IMG/VR virus record: IMGVR_UViG_3300043395_003072
Location: 32,001 to 96,000 of that record
Origin: a virus
Reading direction: 5' to 3' (one strand)
DNA: 64,000 nucleotides
The translations under genes and the position numbers were made by a program. Below are positions 46,809-57,800 of this stretch, piece after piece. Every line of letters begins with the position of its first letter. Position 1 is the first letter of the stretch. The notes below the pieces were generated by a model, which had not been told where the DNA came from, ran no database searches, and saw only the letters and a program-made list of their open reading frames with translations.

Positions 46809-49211
46809 TTATAAGTATAAGTTGATTTGATTAGTGATTAATGGATTGATAGTTATAAAGTTAGCAAATCCTAATCCTGAACTATCATCATTATCTTCGC
46901 TAAAGAATTTAAATCCATTCTCCTTGCCTTTCAAGAAGTTTGGAAGATCTAAAGACATTCTTATGTCGTTTGATCTTATTGTTCTTCCTGTAGCTGGATC
47001 TGTCCCTGTAGCTTTGATTGTTACAAGCTTACCATAATAAAGCTTATATCCTGCAATCAAGTTACTCTTATCTGTGATTGAGCCTTGAGGTATCAGAATA
47101 TTATCATACCAAACATAATTATTTGCTATTCTACTTGGTTTTATTCTTACAAATAAGTCTTGGTCTTCATTATAACTGTAAGCAACTCTTTCAACTCCAT
47201 TACCATTAAATTCAATTTCATTTCGTTTAAATATTACAATTTCATTTGGGTTAAAAATATCTTCATATCTTTTCTTGTCTAGGAGAATAATCTCGTCTTT
47301 ATTAATCTTGTGAATTAAAAGTCTTCTTGAAACTAGAGAATCTTGATACAGATAAGCATACCCGTAGTTCCCTACTAAAGGTTGACAGATATCAAAGCTG
47401 TTAGCGACTTCATCATTTCTTTCCAAGACCTGATAAGTTTCATACTCCTCCTCATCTTCTATGATCTCTGAGAGCTTAATCTTTATTAACCTTGTTGAAT
47501 CATCTAGATCTTCGCCGATATCCCAGCTTTCAATACTAACTTTTCTTCCTAGATCCCCATAGTAGGGATCTGTTTTTAATACTTGGAACAAATAGAAATC
47601 ATCTAAAGAAGCGCTCAAACTACTCTCTTCTAACCTGACTCTTGAGCTGTTTCCTATATGTTCTATCTCTACATATTCAAATCTATCGTAATCTGAGTAG
47701 GGTACACTATAAGTTGTCTTTGCTTCTCCAAGCAAATTAGCGACTTTAGTTGAGCTTAAACTATCACCTTCAAACCTTCCGTACTCCGCTTCAAACTTAA
47801 TGTTAATACCTTCTACTGGTTTATCATTTCCATTTAATGCCGTTGCTTTTATTATTGAATAATCACCTTGTATGAATAACTTATCATACACATTCATACC
47901 TATTAAGTTTTTATCTGCCTCTAGTTTAATTTTAGCTAAATGCTTTTCTTGAGGAGATATCTCAAGAATCCCACCGCTATCAATTTTTTGATATGGCTTT
48001 ACATTTATATTGTTGTCCCAAAATAAAGATTCTTTAATTTCATAATCTATTCTTGGGTAGGCAGTATAACTTATATATAGATCTAAGCCTGAATCTAAAA
48101 CTAGGCTCTTCTTACTTATAGATACTTCAGAGCCTCTATTTAAAGTAGGCTCTCTATCTTGAGTATTTAAAATTAATTTATATTTAGTTTTTTCTTTATA
48201 TTCTAAATTATTATTAATAATTCCAGTCTCTGGCAAATCGTCGGTGCTTTCAAACAACTCTAAAGCAAAACCAAGATCTTCTTTAATAAAGACTTGTTTT
48301 GTCTGAAAAGTATTAAAGCTAATTTTCCCAGAATGTTTATCGACTACAAAGTTGTAATCTATCTCAGGCTCCTCATTGAATGAATCAATTTCTTTCAATT
48401 CAATAAATGTTGAAGAGTCTTTTATCATTACCAGCTTAATATCATCTATGGGGAAGTACTCAGTGTACCCAATACTCCTATTGGTGCTTCTTCCAATGAG
48501 CTCCCAGTTACTCTTGATAGCTTCTACTGTATCTGCTTGTTGATCTCCTATTTGGATTTCTCCAAGCTCTTGAAGTACTAAAGTTCTTTCAGCAAAATCT
48601 TCAGTAGGGCTTACATCTGAGAGGAATGAAAAGCTTCTTCCAGAGGCTTCTGGAGTATCATCATAATACCACCTATATGCTGGTATATTATTAAAACTAC
48701 TATCTCTCTTAAAAATACAAATCTCTACTGAATTTAACATTGCTAATTCTTCAAGTAATACTTGAGTAGTCTTTGCAACTTTTGAAGTAGAGTAATTAGA
48801 GAATAGCTTTTTATTAAAATGATAAATAGAATAAACGCCTGTTTCTAATTTAGGCACCCATTTATATCTGCTCGTTATATCTTTATAAGCTTCTATAGTT
48901 TTAATTTCGCATCCGCTAAGCACTCCCCCGTACCAGTGCTTAGCTTTAGTACCTTCTTCTAGATTATACTGGTAGCCTCCAACATGTTCATTAATACGAG
49001 TCTCTATATTCCTTAAATCTTGAGGAAATGTTTTATTCCAGAGCCAACCCTTAACACCAGCATACGTACCAGTTAGAGGATAGAACTCTTCTTCTGTTTT
49101 GATGTTAGATTTTATAGATACACTAACAGACTCTTCTACTGACTCTGTCTCATTACTACCTAAACCTTTAGTTATTAAGGTTGAGAATAGTCTTCTAGAT
49201 ATTAAAGACAT
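46809..49211 (-). CDS. Structural protein with Ig-like (Big_1/invasin-type) domain
   Basis: IIKATALNGNDKPVEGINIKF....G.F.....ANLLGEAKTTY. Confidence 0.6.
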   Translation of the reverse strand: MSLISRRLFSTLITKGLGSNETESVEESVSVSIKSNIKTEEEFYPLTGTYAGVKGWLWNKTFPQDLRNIETRINEHVGGYQYNLEEGTKAKHWYGGVLSGCEIKTIEAYKDITSRYKWVPKLETGVYSIYHFNKKLFSNYSTSKVAKTTQVLLEELAMLNSVEICIFKRDSSFNNIPAYRWYYDDTPEASGRSFSFLSDVSPTEDFAERTLVLQELGEIQIGDQQADTVEAIKSNWELIGRSTNRSIGYTEYFPIDDIKLVMIKDSSTFIELKEIDSFNEEPEIDYNFVVDKHSGKISFNTFQTKQVFIKEDLGFALELFESTDDLPETGIINNNLEYKEKTKYKLILNTQDREPTLNRGSEVSISKKSLVLDSGLDLYISYTAYPRIDYEIKESLFWDNNINVKPYQKIDSGGILEISPQEKHLAKIKLEADKNLIGMNVYDKLFIQGDYSIIKATALNGNDKPVEGINIKFEAEYGRFEGDSLSSTKVANLLGEAKTTYSVPYSDYDRFEYVEIEHIGNSSRVRLEESSLSASLDDFYLFQVLKTDPYYGDLGRKVSIESWDIGEDLDDSTRLIKIKLSEIIEDEEEYETYQVLERNDEVANSFDICQPLVGNYGYAYLYQDSLVSRRLLIHKINKDEIILLDKKRYEDIFNPNEIVIFKRNEIEFNGNGVERVAYSYNEDQDLFVRIKPSRIANNYVWYDNILIPQGSITDKSNLIAGYKLYYGKLVTIKATGTDPATGRTIRSNDIRMSLDLPNFLKGKENGFKFFSEDNDDSSGLGFANFITINPLITNQINLYL

Positions 49212-49221
49212 ATTTCATTCC

Positions 49222-49773
49222 TTATTTAGTAGGTCTTGGGCTTTTGTAAGTAAGTACTCTATGATAAGGGTTGCTATTAGTTGGCCCTCCGCTAGCTCCA
49301 AATAGATTGAACTTAGTGATTTCGTTTCCTTGAGAGTCTTTAATAACTAACTGGTTATTAGCTATTTGCCACTCACCTTCTTCTATATCAAGTAATCTGG
49401 TTACTAGAGCTTCTAAGTACTCAGCGCTAGCTAATATGCTATCAGCTTTTGTTTTAATAAGCTCTGCGCTAGCTTCTATACTCTCTGCAGTAGAAGGTAA
49501 GTAGTCGTGCCTTTCGAGCCTATTGATGATGTAACGCTCTCCAGGAGGAGTAGCTTCGCCAAGATCTATCTTAACTAGATAGCTATCCTCTGAAACCAGT
49601 GCCCAGTCAAAGCTATATTTATAAAAGCCATCACCCATCTCAGTAATGGTTGGAGTTGGCGTTAAAGATTGACCATTGCTTACTGCTTTGAATGTAGCAA
49701 AGCTAGGGCTTAGTCCATTTCCAACAACGCCGCCTACTTCTGCATATAGAGTATATGTAACTAGCTTGCTCAT
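49222..49773 (-). CDS. Hypothetical virion protein
   Basis: TEMGDGFYKY; IEEGEWQI..NQL; coupled ORF. Confidence 0.5.
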   Translation of the reverse strand: MSKLVTYTLYAEVGGVVGNGLSPSFATFKAVSNGQSLTPTPTITEMGDGFYKYSFDWALVSEDSYLVKIDLGEATPPGERYIINRLERHDYLPSTAESIEASAELIKTKADSILASAEYLEALVTRLLDIEEGEWQIANNQLVIKDSQGNEITKFNLFGASGGPTNSNPYHRVLTYKSPRPTK

Positions 49774-50571
49774 TTATTTCCCCCAATAAGTGTTTTGTTT
49801 TTCAAGAACTTTATTAAAAATCTTAGCACCTTTTTGAGTTAAATTTCCGGTTTCATCTTTTGATATATTCTCAAAGCTTAAATCATTTAAAGCAATAGCT
49901 TTAATAGGCAGCCATTTTAACTTGAAAGGAAAATCATCATAAGAAAAAGTTACTTCTCCATAACCTCTAGAACCTTTAATAAACAACTCATCTTCTTGTA
50001 TGTAAAAAGAAGAGTCATTAATTAATTCTATTTCAGTGGTTTCGCTAACCAGCTCTCCTTGAAAATCTTTTATTTCTGTAATCTTATCCTTAGGAAGTAA
50101 TGATTGGTAATTGTCTGTTTCGTACTTAAGATAGTTTCTTCTTGAATCTTGAGGCATCAAGTTTTCTGTTTTTAACAACTCCCAACTATCTGTATCATCA
50201 AGAACTTCAACTATAAAATATTCTTCTAGAATAGTCTTAAAATCTCTTAAGTATTTCAACTCTCTTAAAAGTTTCTTATAAAGAACCTCTTCTACTTCAT
50301 AAATTATTAATTCACTTGAAGTTATTTCTATATTTAAATTATTTAAATTCTCTTTTCTATTTATTAAAAATACATCTTTATCTTGTAAAGAAGTTAAATA
50401 GCCAAGAGATTTATAAAAAGAATCTTTCTCTTGAACTGATATTTGCAAACAAGCTTTTAAAGTTCTTTTAAAGAAGTTATCGATAGTTTCATTCGTCTCT
50501 CTTACTAGTCCATATTTTAAAGCAATTTCATCTAATGCAGTACTATTTCTATTTCTCTTTGCTTTAATCAT
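49774..50571 (-). CDS. Putative baseplate wedge protein
   Basis: LDEIALKYGLVR..ET...F.KR resembles the baseplate I/J-type N-terminal motif. Confidence 0.45.
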   Translation of the reverse strand: MIKAKRNRNSTALDEIALKYGLVRETNETIDNFFKRTLKACLQISVQEKDSFYKSLGYLTSLQDKDVFLINRKENLNNLNIEITSSELIIYEVEEVLYKKLLRELKYLRDFKTILEEYFIVEVLDDTDSWELLKTENLMPQDSRRNYLKYETDNYQSLLPKDKITEIKDFQGELVSETTEIELINDSSFYIQEDELFIKGSRGYGEVTFSYDDFPFKLKWLPIKAIALNDLSFENISKDETGNLTQKGAKIFNKVLEKQNTYWGK

Positions 50572-52366
50572 ACGACACCTCTTCTAGAATAACACCGTTA
50601 TCTATACTTACTTCTATACTATCGTACTTCTCTAAAGTAACTCCCTCCCCACTCTCGTAATCAAAAAGAAAATAATCTTTATATTCTTTTATTTTATATA
50701 CGCTTTGATTATTCTCTTCAAACTTAATTACAAACAAATCGTTACTTATACCTTCATAAAAAATTCCAAAGTTCTCTCCTGAAAAACCAGTTTCAATACT
50801 ATACTCTGGTAAAGAATATTCGCACATCATACTATAATTATTTATATAAACCTCATACTGTTCTGTATTTGCAGTGTATGAATTTAATTTTGTTACAAGA
50901 TCTTCTATCTCAAAAATACTTTGGTTTTTTATTTGTAATAAAAGTAAATCTTTTGTTTCTGTTGTAAAAGATATTATATGGAAATTAATTTGCCCTATAC
51001 TATCAAAATAATTTTCAAATTCAAAAGAGTCTGCGTTTTCAAAAACATCAGCTCTATCTCTACCTTGAAACAAATGAATTGAATTTCCCCAAGAATTGTC
51101 TTCTTGCAAAGAGCTGTAAACTCCATTTTTTTCTTTTAAAACTATATAATTTACAACTGGACCTTTTGGTCTTTCTAAATAACCATAAATTTTTGCTGTT
51201 TCATATAAACTTACTTGCTGTCTAATGCTCTCTAATGAGAAATCAATAAGTTTAGTTCTTCTTAAAATGCTTTGATTAAAGCCTGTTTTTCCAATTTTAT
51301 AAAATCTAATTACTCCTGAACTATCAATTGTTGTAAGTTTATTTCTTACAGTATCAAAACAATAATCAACAATATCAAGGTTTTCTCCTGAAGTACCAAG
51401 TAGTGTTTGAGAAAATAGTATGTCCTGAAATGCTTCAGGAGACTCTATGTCTGCTACCCTGTATTTATTTCCCATATCGTAATATCGATATATATAATCC
51501 AAATATGTAACTTCGTTTTCTTTTCTTAATTCAAAGAAACCTTTATTTTCTATCAAAGAGTTATTCTTATTAACCCTGTCTGATTTTTCTACAAACAAAG
51601 AATAAGTATATTCTTTTGCTTGTATATTATAAGGCTTTATATAAACTTCTATCTCTCCATCAAAACCTTCTCTTTCAATACTTTTGCCACCTTTAATATT
51701 GAACTTAGGCTCTCTTTTTAAAGCCTTTATTTCTTTAAAATAATTCTTAGTTTCATAGAATCCGTCATCTTTTATAAAGATGGTTTCTTCTATCGGAAAA
51801 TCTGCAATGTTTGTCCCTCTTATAGTTATAAAATAATTATAATCGAACTTTTCTTTTGTTCTTGAATCATAATAGTAGTCACTGTTTTTTATATTAAAAT
51901 AAACTTTATAGATTTTATTATTAAAGTTCCAAGATTCTTCTTTTGTTTTTTCTTCTTTGTTAAAAGAGGTTATTTTAAAATCTATTCTTGTATCATGTAT
52001 TTCAATTTCAGTTCTTGTTGGATATTCCAGGCATAACTGTTCGTAAGAATTGCTTTCTCTTAATAGGACACTGTTCTCTCCAACAACACCTGTAATAGCA
52101 ATACTTGAATACTCTTTATTTTCCTGTGTATGCCTTACGTATTCATCAGAATCGCTTAAATTAAAATTCCAAAGATGCCCGGGCTCTGCAATTGGTTTAC
52201 CTTCTAAAGTTTTTAATTGATCTTGCATTCTTAAGCTAGATACTCTTATTAACTCTATCGACTCTCCGATACTATCCAATACTCTTCCTCCTACGGAAGA
52301 ATCATCTCTCCTTATAGTACTCCAGAGTGGAAATCTGTTTCTAATTGATTGTCCAATGAAGCTCAT
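50564..52366 (-). CDS. Putative baseplate protein
   Basis: Immediately downstream of the baseplate J-like gene; N-terminal RFPLW..S.GGRVLDSIG. Confidence 0.45.
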   Translation of the reverse strand: MSFIGQSIRNRFPLWSTIRRDDSSVGGRVLDSIGESIELIRVSSLRMQDQLKTLEGKPIAEPGHLWNFNLSDSDEYVRHTQENKEYSSIAITGVVGENSVLLRESNSYEQLCLEYPTRTEIEIHDTRIDFKITSFNKEEKTKEESWNFNNKIYKVYFNIKNSDYYYDSRTKEKFDYNYFITIRGTNIADFPIEETIFIKDDGFYETKNYFKEIKALKREPKFNIKGGKSIEREGFDGEIEVYIKPYNIQAKEYTYSLFVEKSDRVNKNNSLIENKGFFELRKENEVTYLDYIYRYYDMGNKYRVADIESPEAFQDILFSQTLLGTSGENLDIVDYCFDTVRNKLTTIDSSGVIRFYKIGKTGFNQSILRRTKLIDFSLESIRQQVSLYETAKIYGYLERPKGPVVNYIVLKEKNGVYSSLQEDNSWGNSIHLFQGRDRADVFENADSFEFENYFDSIGQINFHIISFTTETKDLLLLQIKNQSIFEIEDLVTKLNSYTANTEQYEVYINNYSMMCEYSLPEYSIETGFSGENFGIFYEGISNDLFVIKFEENNQSVYKIKEYKDYFLFDYESGEGVTLEKYDSIEVSIDNGVILEEVSYD

Positions 52367-53604
52367 ACAAGCTGCTCCTCTACGGTAATCTCAAGTATTC
52401 CAAAAGATATTCTTTCTTCTCGCCTTACCGTATAGCTTGTACTTAATAGCTCTTGTTTCTCTTCAGGAAGGAATCCTTCTCTATCTGTTTTTCTTATATA
52501 AATATTTTCAAATAAATTACTGTTTGAGTTTCCAAAACCAACTATGTTTGAATCTTTAAATTCTCTTTTTATTATTGAAGATATTTCGATAAAAGAAATA
52601 GTTTTAGTAAATTCTTTTTCTTTAATTGTTTTTATAATAAAACGTCTTGCATTTTCTTTTGCTCTTATTTTCTCAATTTCACTAATTCCAGCTTTTACAA
52701 AAACTCTAATATTAAAATCAAAGTAAACTTTTATCCCATTGCTTACGATTATTCTTTGTCCTGGTATTTTTAATTCATTTAATCTTTTTTCTAAAAGATT
52801 ATTTATGTTTCTGCCGGACTCTCTACCGCTTCCAAATAGAACTACCCCTGTAGTTCCTATTCCATAATAAGAAGGTATTACCTCCAGATCCAAAACTCCA
52901 GGAAGCTCTAATGCTTTTAAAGTAATCGCGTCAATGTTTAAATTAACTTTAGCTTGTAAGTAATTTGAGATTCTAAATCTTAGAGAGTCATCGGATTCTA
53001 TATCTGACCCCGATACAATTGGAAATGTGTTACTTATCTTTAAATAACCATTAATCGACTCCGTATAGTTCGTATAGTTGTGATAAATTAAACTATCACT
53101 ATCTACATTATACGAACTTCCAACATTAAACGCTTCTACGTTGCAATAAGAAATTCTATCGTTAGCATTCAATATAGTATCGGTTACTAACCTATATACA
53201 ATGCTATTTGTACTATTAACTATCTCGGTAGAGATTAATGTTCCTGCAGGAATAGAAATGCTATTCCCTGAATTTATTGTTCCGAAAGAGCCAGTAGTTG
53301 TATAAAAATATACATTTCTTTCTCTACTGTCAGAAAAAGCAAACGTAGCAGGCTTCCTACTTATCCCATACATATTGAATGCTAAACTATCTAAATCTAA
53401 ACCCGAAGCATTCGATACTTGAATACTATTATAGACTTGAGAAATCTCTCTTCTCATCGATACTAGTTCACTACCTACTACATCTCCTATTAAATTAGAA
53501 GTTGAGTCTTGAGAAGTGTTTGACTCTCCGAGTCTACTTTTTATTCTATTAGATAGATTTCTTTTTAGGACAGATTCATTTTCATTAGATATTATCCTAG
53601 CCAT
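52363..53604 (-). CDS. Baseplate J-like wedge protein
   Basis: ASGLDLDSLA...GISRK, ISIPAGTLI, VEA..VGSSYNV, GSDIESDDSLRFRI, LPGV..GIGT. Confidence 0.88.
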   Translation of the reverse strand: MARIISNENESVLKRNLSNRIKSRLGESNTSQDSTSNLIGDVVGSELVSMRREISQVYNSIQVSNASGLDLDSLAFNMYGISRKPATFAFSDSRERNVYFYTTTGSFGTINSGNSISIPAGTLISTEIVNSTNSIVYRLVTDTILNANDRISYCNVEAFNVGSSYNVDSDSLIYHNYTNYTESINGYLKISNTFPIVSGSDIESDDSLRFRISNYLQAKVNLNIDAITLKALELPGVLDLEVIPSYYGIGTTGVVLFGSGRESGRNINNLLEKRLNELKIPGQRIIVSNGIKVYFDFNIRVFVKAGISEIEKIRAKENARRFIIKTIKEKEFTKTISFIEISSIIKREFKDSNIVGFGNSNSNLFENIYIRKTDREGFLPEEKQELLSTSYTVRREERISFGILEITVEEQLV

Positions 53605-54035
53605 CCTAAACTCTCTTTCGGATTTAAAAATCTTTGAGCGATTTTATTAACTCTTGTATCATAGTTAAAGTTAAGAATTAAATCATTGCCATACTTATCT
53701 TTCCTATATACTCTTAAAAAGAAATCTAAAGTTAGTCCATTCCCTGGTAACTCTAAAATTTCTACTTCATTTATGCTAAGTAAACCGTCTGATATTAAGA
53801 CTCTGAATATCTCAGACTTTATATACTCAATCATATCTCTAGTTAATCTTTCCCCTCTAAATGAATCTAAAGAAGCAAATAGAACTGAATTGGAGTCCCA
53901 GTCGCTTGATGAGCACTGTAGTCTTCTTAGAATAGTATCTATGAGTATCTGGTTGTAATCGTCATTTATTATTTCTAAAGAATTGTTCTTCGTTAGAAAA
54001 AAATCTAAATCTTCAGTTAGCTTAATATCCTTCAT
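53592..54035 (-). CDS. Baseplate wedge subunit (gp25/W-like)
   Basis: MKDIKLTEDLD...ILRRL; size and canonical position upstream of baseplate J. Confidence 0.55.
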   Translation of the reverse strand: MKDIKLTEDLDFFLTKNNSLEIINDDYNQILIDTILRRLQCSSSDWDSNSVLFASLDSFRGERLTRDMIEYIKSEIFRVLISDGLLSINEVEILELPGNGLTLDFFLRVYRKDKYGNDLILNFNYDTRVNKIAQRFLNPKESLGWLG

Positions 54036-54376
54036 GATAAAGCTCCAGCTACCAAAGCGTAAGTTGTACTTATATTTATTAAGTTTGGTATTTCATAAAC
54101 GATTGGCATATCAAAAGTTTTTCTAGGAGTCATATTAGTTAAGCCTGGTAAATAATCTGCAGGTAAAGATGACTGTCTATGTAGGGGGCCAGTTACTGTT
54201 AAGGTGTTCAAGTATAAAGCATTGCCAGGACCAGGCTGAATATTAATTCCTTTAGGAGTTACTTCAATCGCAGCCATCTTTGATTGCCCACTAAATAAAG
54301 CTACAGTTTGAAAATCTAAGAAAATGCCACCGAGGCACATCTCATTAAATTGAGCTTTTAAGATTTTGCTTTTCAT
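54032..54376 (-). CDS. Hypothetical protein, possibly spike-associated
   Basis: Lies between the hub-like and wedge genes. Confidence 0.45.
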   Translation of the reverse strand: MKSKILKAQFNEMCLGGIFLDFQTVALFSGQSKMAAIEVTPKGINIQPGPGNALYLNTLTVTGPLHRQSSLPADYLPGLTNMTPRKTFDMPIVYEIPNLINISTTYALVAGALS

Positions 54377-54879
54377 TTTTCAAACCTAAACCAAGTTTCA
54401 CCTGGTCCTTGTGATTTATTGTTCATAAAGTTTCTGATCGTACTCGTTGGATTTACATTGATTCCTCCAAAACCACTAGTTGAAATATACGTATTACAAA
54501 GTTCGTCCTGGTAATAGTTATTTACACCAATCCCTATCTCCAGTCTTGCATACATTATATCTTTTTTACTTGAGCTTTTAGAGTGGATTATACAATTCCT
54601 ACCAATGATATTCTCATCCACTCCATACACCATCCTAAGCATATCATAACTTTCTCTCCAATAAACTGCATTTACTTCTGCTAGTTCTTTAATCCCTACA
54701 ATAAAAAATATTCCGCTATAAAAAGACTCACTATAATATTTTGATTTAGGATTATGAGCTCCGCAAATATCTAAAACAACCCCACTATAAGACTCTTCTG
54801 TTTTCTGTTTTGATTGAATTAAAAAATCACTAGACTGTTGTTCTTTAGAAATAACAGATTTTCTTCCGAATCTTGCCAT
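54373..54879 (-). CDS. Hypothetical baseplate-region protein
   Basis: TAATG-coupled to the hub-like gene. Confidence 0.5.
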   Translation of the reverse strand: MARFGRKSVISKEQQSSDFLIQSKQKTEESYSGVVLDICGAHNPKSKYYSESFYSGIFFIVGIKELAEVNAVYWRESYDMLRMVYGVDENIIGRNCIIHSKSSSKKDIMYARLEIGIGVNNYYQDELCNTYISTSGFGGINVNPTSTIRNFMNNKSQGPGETWFRFEK

Positions 54880-57800
54880 TATCTACCTACTCTTTCTGGA
54901 TTTAATTTATAATTTATTACACTCAAGTCAACTTCACTAGCTTGAACCGAATCTTCAATAATCCAATCTGGTATGTCTGCGAATACCGAAGACTTCCCAT
55001 AAGACTCGATTAAATGTTTATTTTCGTTATATCCTTTATATCCATCTGATAGAGCACTATATATATTACCAAGTACATTATTAAATCTTTCTGCTTCCGA
55101 GTGATTCTCAAACCCTCCAGCAAGCAAAGGCCTTCCATCTTTTACAAGCGGAAAAACCTTAATAATATTATTATTATCTACTTTTGAAAAAATTGTAGGT
55201 CTAAATATATTTTTACCAAGCCACCCAGATTGAAGGCTTTCTGAAAGAAAGTTTCTTATACTACTTGGCATTAAAGCCCCTGCAGATAACAATCCAGTTA
55301 AAGTTGCTCCAACTAAGAATGGGATTCTTCCAGTTAACCTTGTTGCTCCCATATAATTTATTCCGTTTGTTTTAAAGATTTGATAAATTGCAGCTTCTAA
55401 TCCTGTTATTCCAGCTGTAGTTGCTGCACCAACTCCTAAAGTTTTTCTAATTGGAGACTCTAATTCAACTGGTAACCTTGCATTCTCTCCAATCATGTCC
55501 TGCTGAAAGAATGGCTGATATCCATTTTTATTTTCAAAATACTGTATAAATTCTTTTGTTAACTGAGCTTTTACTTTATTAAGCACTTCTTTGTCTAAAA
55601 CATTTCCTCTTTGAAAGAAATCTATTCCTTGTAAATCTTCTCCTTCAAGCAAACTATCAAAGAAGTCATCAATCTTTTCACTAACAATCTCTGCAATTTT
55701 TTCATTACCTTCATTAACATAGTTAAAAGCTGCTCTACTATAAAAGCTTTCATAAAGCTCTTTTCTACTTTCAAAGAAAACTGTTTGATGTAACATTGGG
55801 TAGGTTAGAGTATCTGATACTGGAGCCACTATTGCTTCGACTTCTATATCAGTTACAAAACCAGTTTGATGACTAAACATATGTGTTACTGCTTTTACTC
55901 CTACCGGCCCGTACATAACGTTAACATTATCATTTAATATAATCGCATCGTTTGTATTTATTTTTGAATTACCAAGTACAAGCAAAGATCCTTCATACAT
56001 TTTCTTTGCACCATACAATAATCCTGCAGTAGCATATCTAGAAGCATTAGAAATACCTTTAATATTATCTGTCTTCAAAACATGATCTCTTAAACTCTCT
56101 GGAGGAATGTTACTATTTGCTACCGCTTTCCAAACTGAAGTACCGTCTACTTCTGAAACATCGTTACTGTTAGACATTAATGAATAGTGCACCGTGATTG
56201 AATTGTTTACATTGTGTCCGCTTACGATAATATTGTTTGCTATTAGATTTGTTCCTGAATTTACTAGATGGTACTGCCTAAATGGTACAAATCTATCTTT
56301 CGTTTTTTTCAACCAATCTTTCAAAGCAAAATCAGTAAAGTATTTTCTTTTATCTATAAACTTTGATAAGATATTATTTTTCTTATTTAAGATTGTCCAG
56401 TTAAAACTCTCTATTGGAAATAACAAGTTTATATCTTCTTCTGAAAGCAATTCATTTTGATTTAATTTTGATATTTTTTTATAAATATTATTTAAGCGAT
56501 AAATATTATAATTACTCATATCATTTCTGAAATACCTTTGACCTGGTAATCCAAAGAACACTCTATACTCCATAGTTTTCCCATATGGCCTAACGCCATA
56601 AACATATCCTGGGTGCCTTAGACTCATTTCGTGTAGCACTTCCCAAAAGGTTTGGGATGTTACAACATATTCATTTTCGAATCTACTTGTGTCTAAACGC
56701 TCATCAATGAACCCTCTACTTTTTCTAATAGCATCATTTATCAACGAGCTAGATGAGTCTCCTTGCAAATCAATAAACATTCCTGGAATTCCCATAAAGG
56801 AATTCGAAACTAAATTACTTTGTGAATAATAGTATTTTTTAAATGCTGTTATTAATCCAGAGTTATTTTCGTTATTTCTTTTAAGGTAACTTTCTGGCCT
56901 TGGACACCAGAGGTTATCATCTTGTGGTGATATCAATATTTTTCTAGTATAAGGTCTTTGGCTCTCATTAAAGAATGAGAGTAAACTATTGTATAGATTT
57001 ACTAAAGTATCAGTAGCTAATAAAGGTATTCCTATAGCAGTAGATATGAGTACATTTTTACCTGCGAATCTTGCCGCTGGCCAAAACCAACTATTAATAA
57101 AATTAGAAAACCTTTGAAGTCTAGTTAAACTCGTAGCGCTTGCAGTTACTACATCCGCTCCTAAAGCTGCAAAAGCTCTAGAACCCCCCCAGCCAAAAGT
57201 TGCAGTCAAGAAACCAAGTTCTTCTCTAATGACTGTTTGTACTACTGAATTTATTTGAGGTTCAGTTAAGGCACTAACACGTCTTCCACTCCTTGCTATT
57301 ACATCTGCAACTTTTTTAGTTAGATTTGCGCTAAGACTAATTCCATTTATAGTAAGCGTACTTCCTACACTTCCTGTTACTGTAGTAAGCCCACTTTTAG
57401 CTAAATCATCAGCTAATTTAACTAAATCATCTATCTCACTTTGAACTAATCTAGTACCTCCCCAATTATTCATTCTTTGCCATAAAGGTTTTATGGTCAT
57501 ATTAAAAGCTTTACTTGTAACACTACCAACATTGCCTACTATTGGACCAAAGATTTTTGTAGCTCCACCAAGGCTAGTCAATTTACTGCTAACAGCATTT
57601 ATTCCACTTCCTACTTTTCCAATTATTGCTGTTTTGCCTAAAGCATCCTTTAATATTTTTAAAGGTCTAGCTCCAATCGAAAGTATTACTCCACCAATTA
57701 AAATCAATCCTGAGTTATCTACAATCCAGTCATTCCAACTATTAAACCAGTTAAAAGACCATCCCCCTGACCTTGTATAAGTTTCCATATCTATGGATGG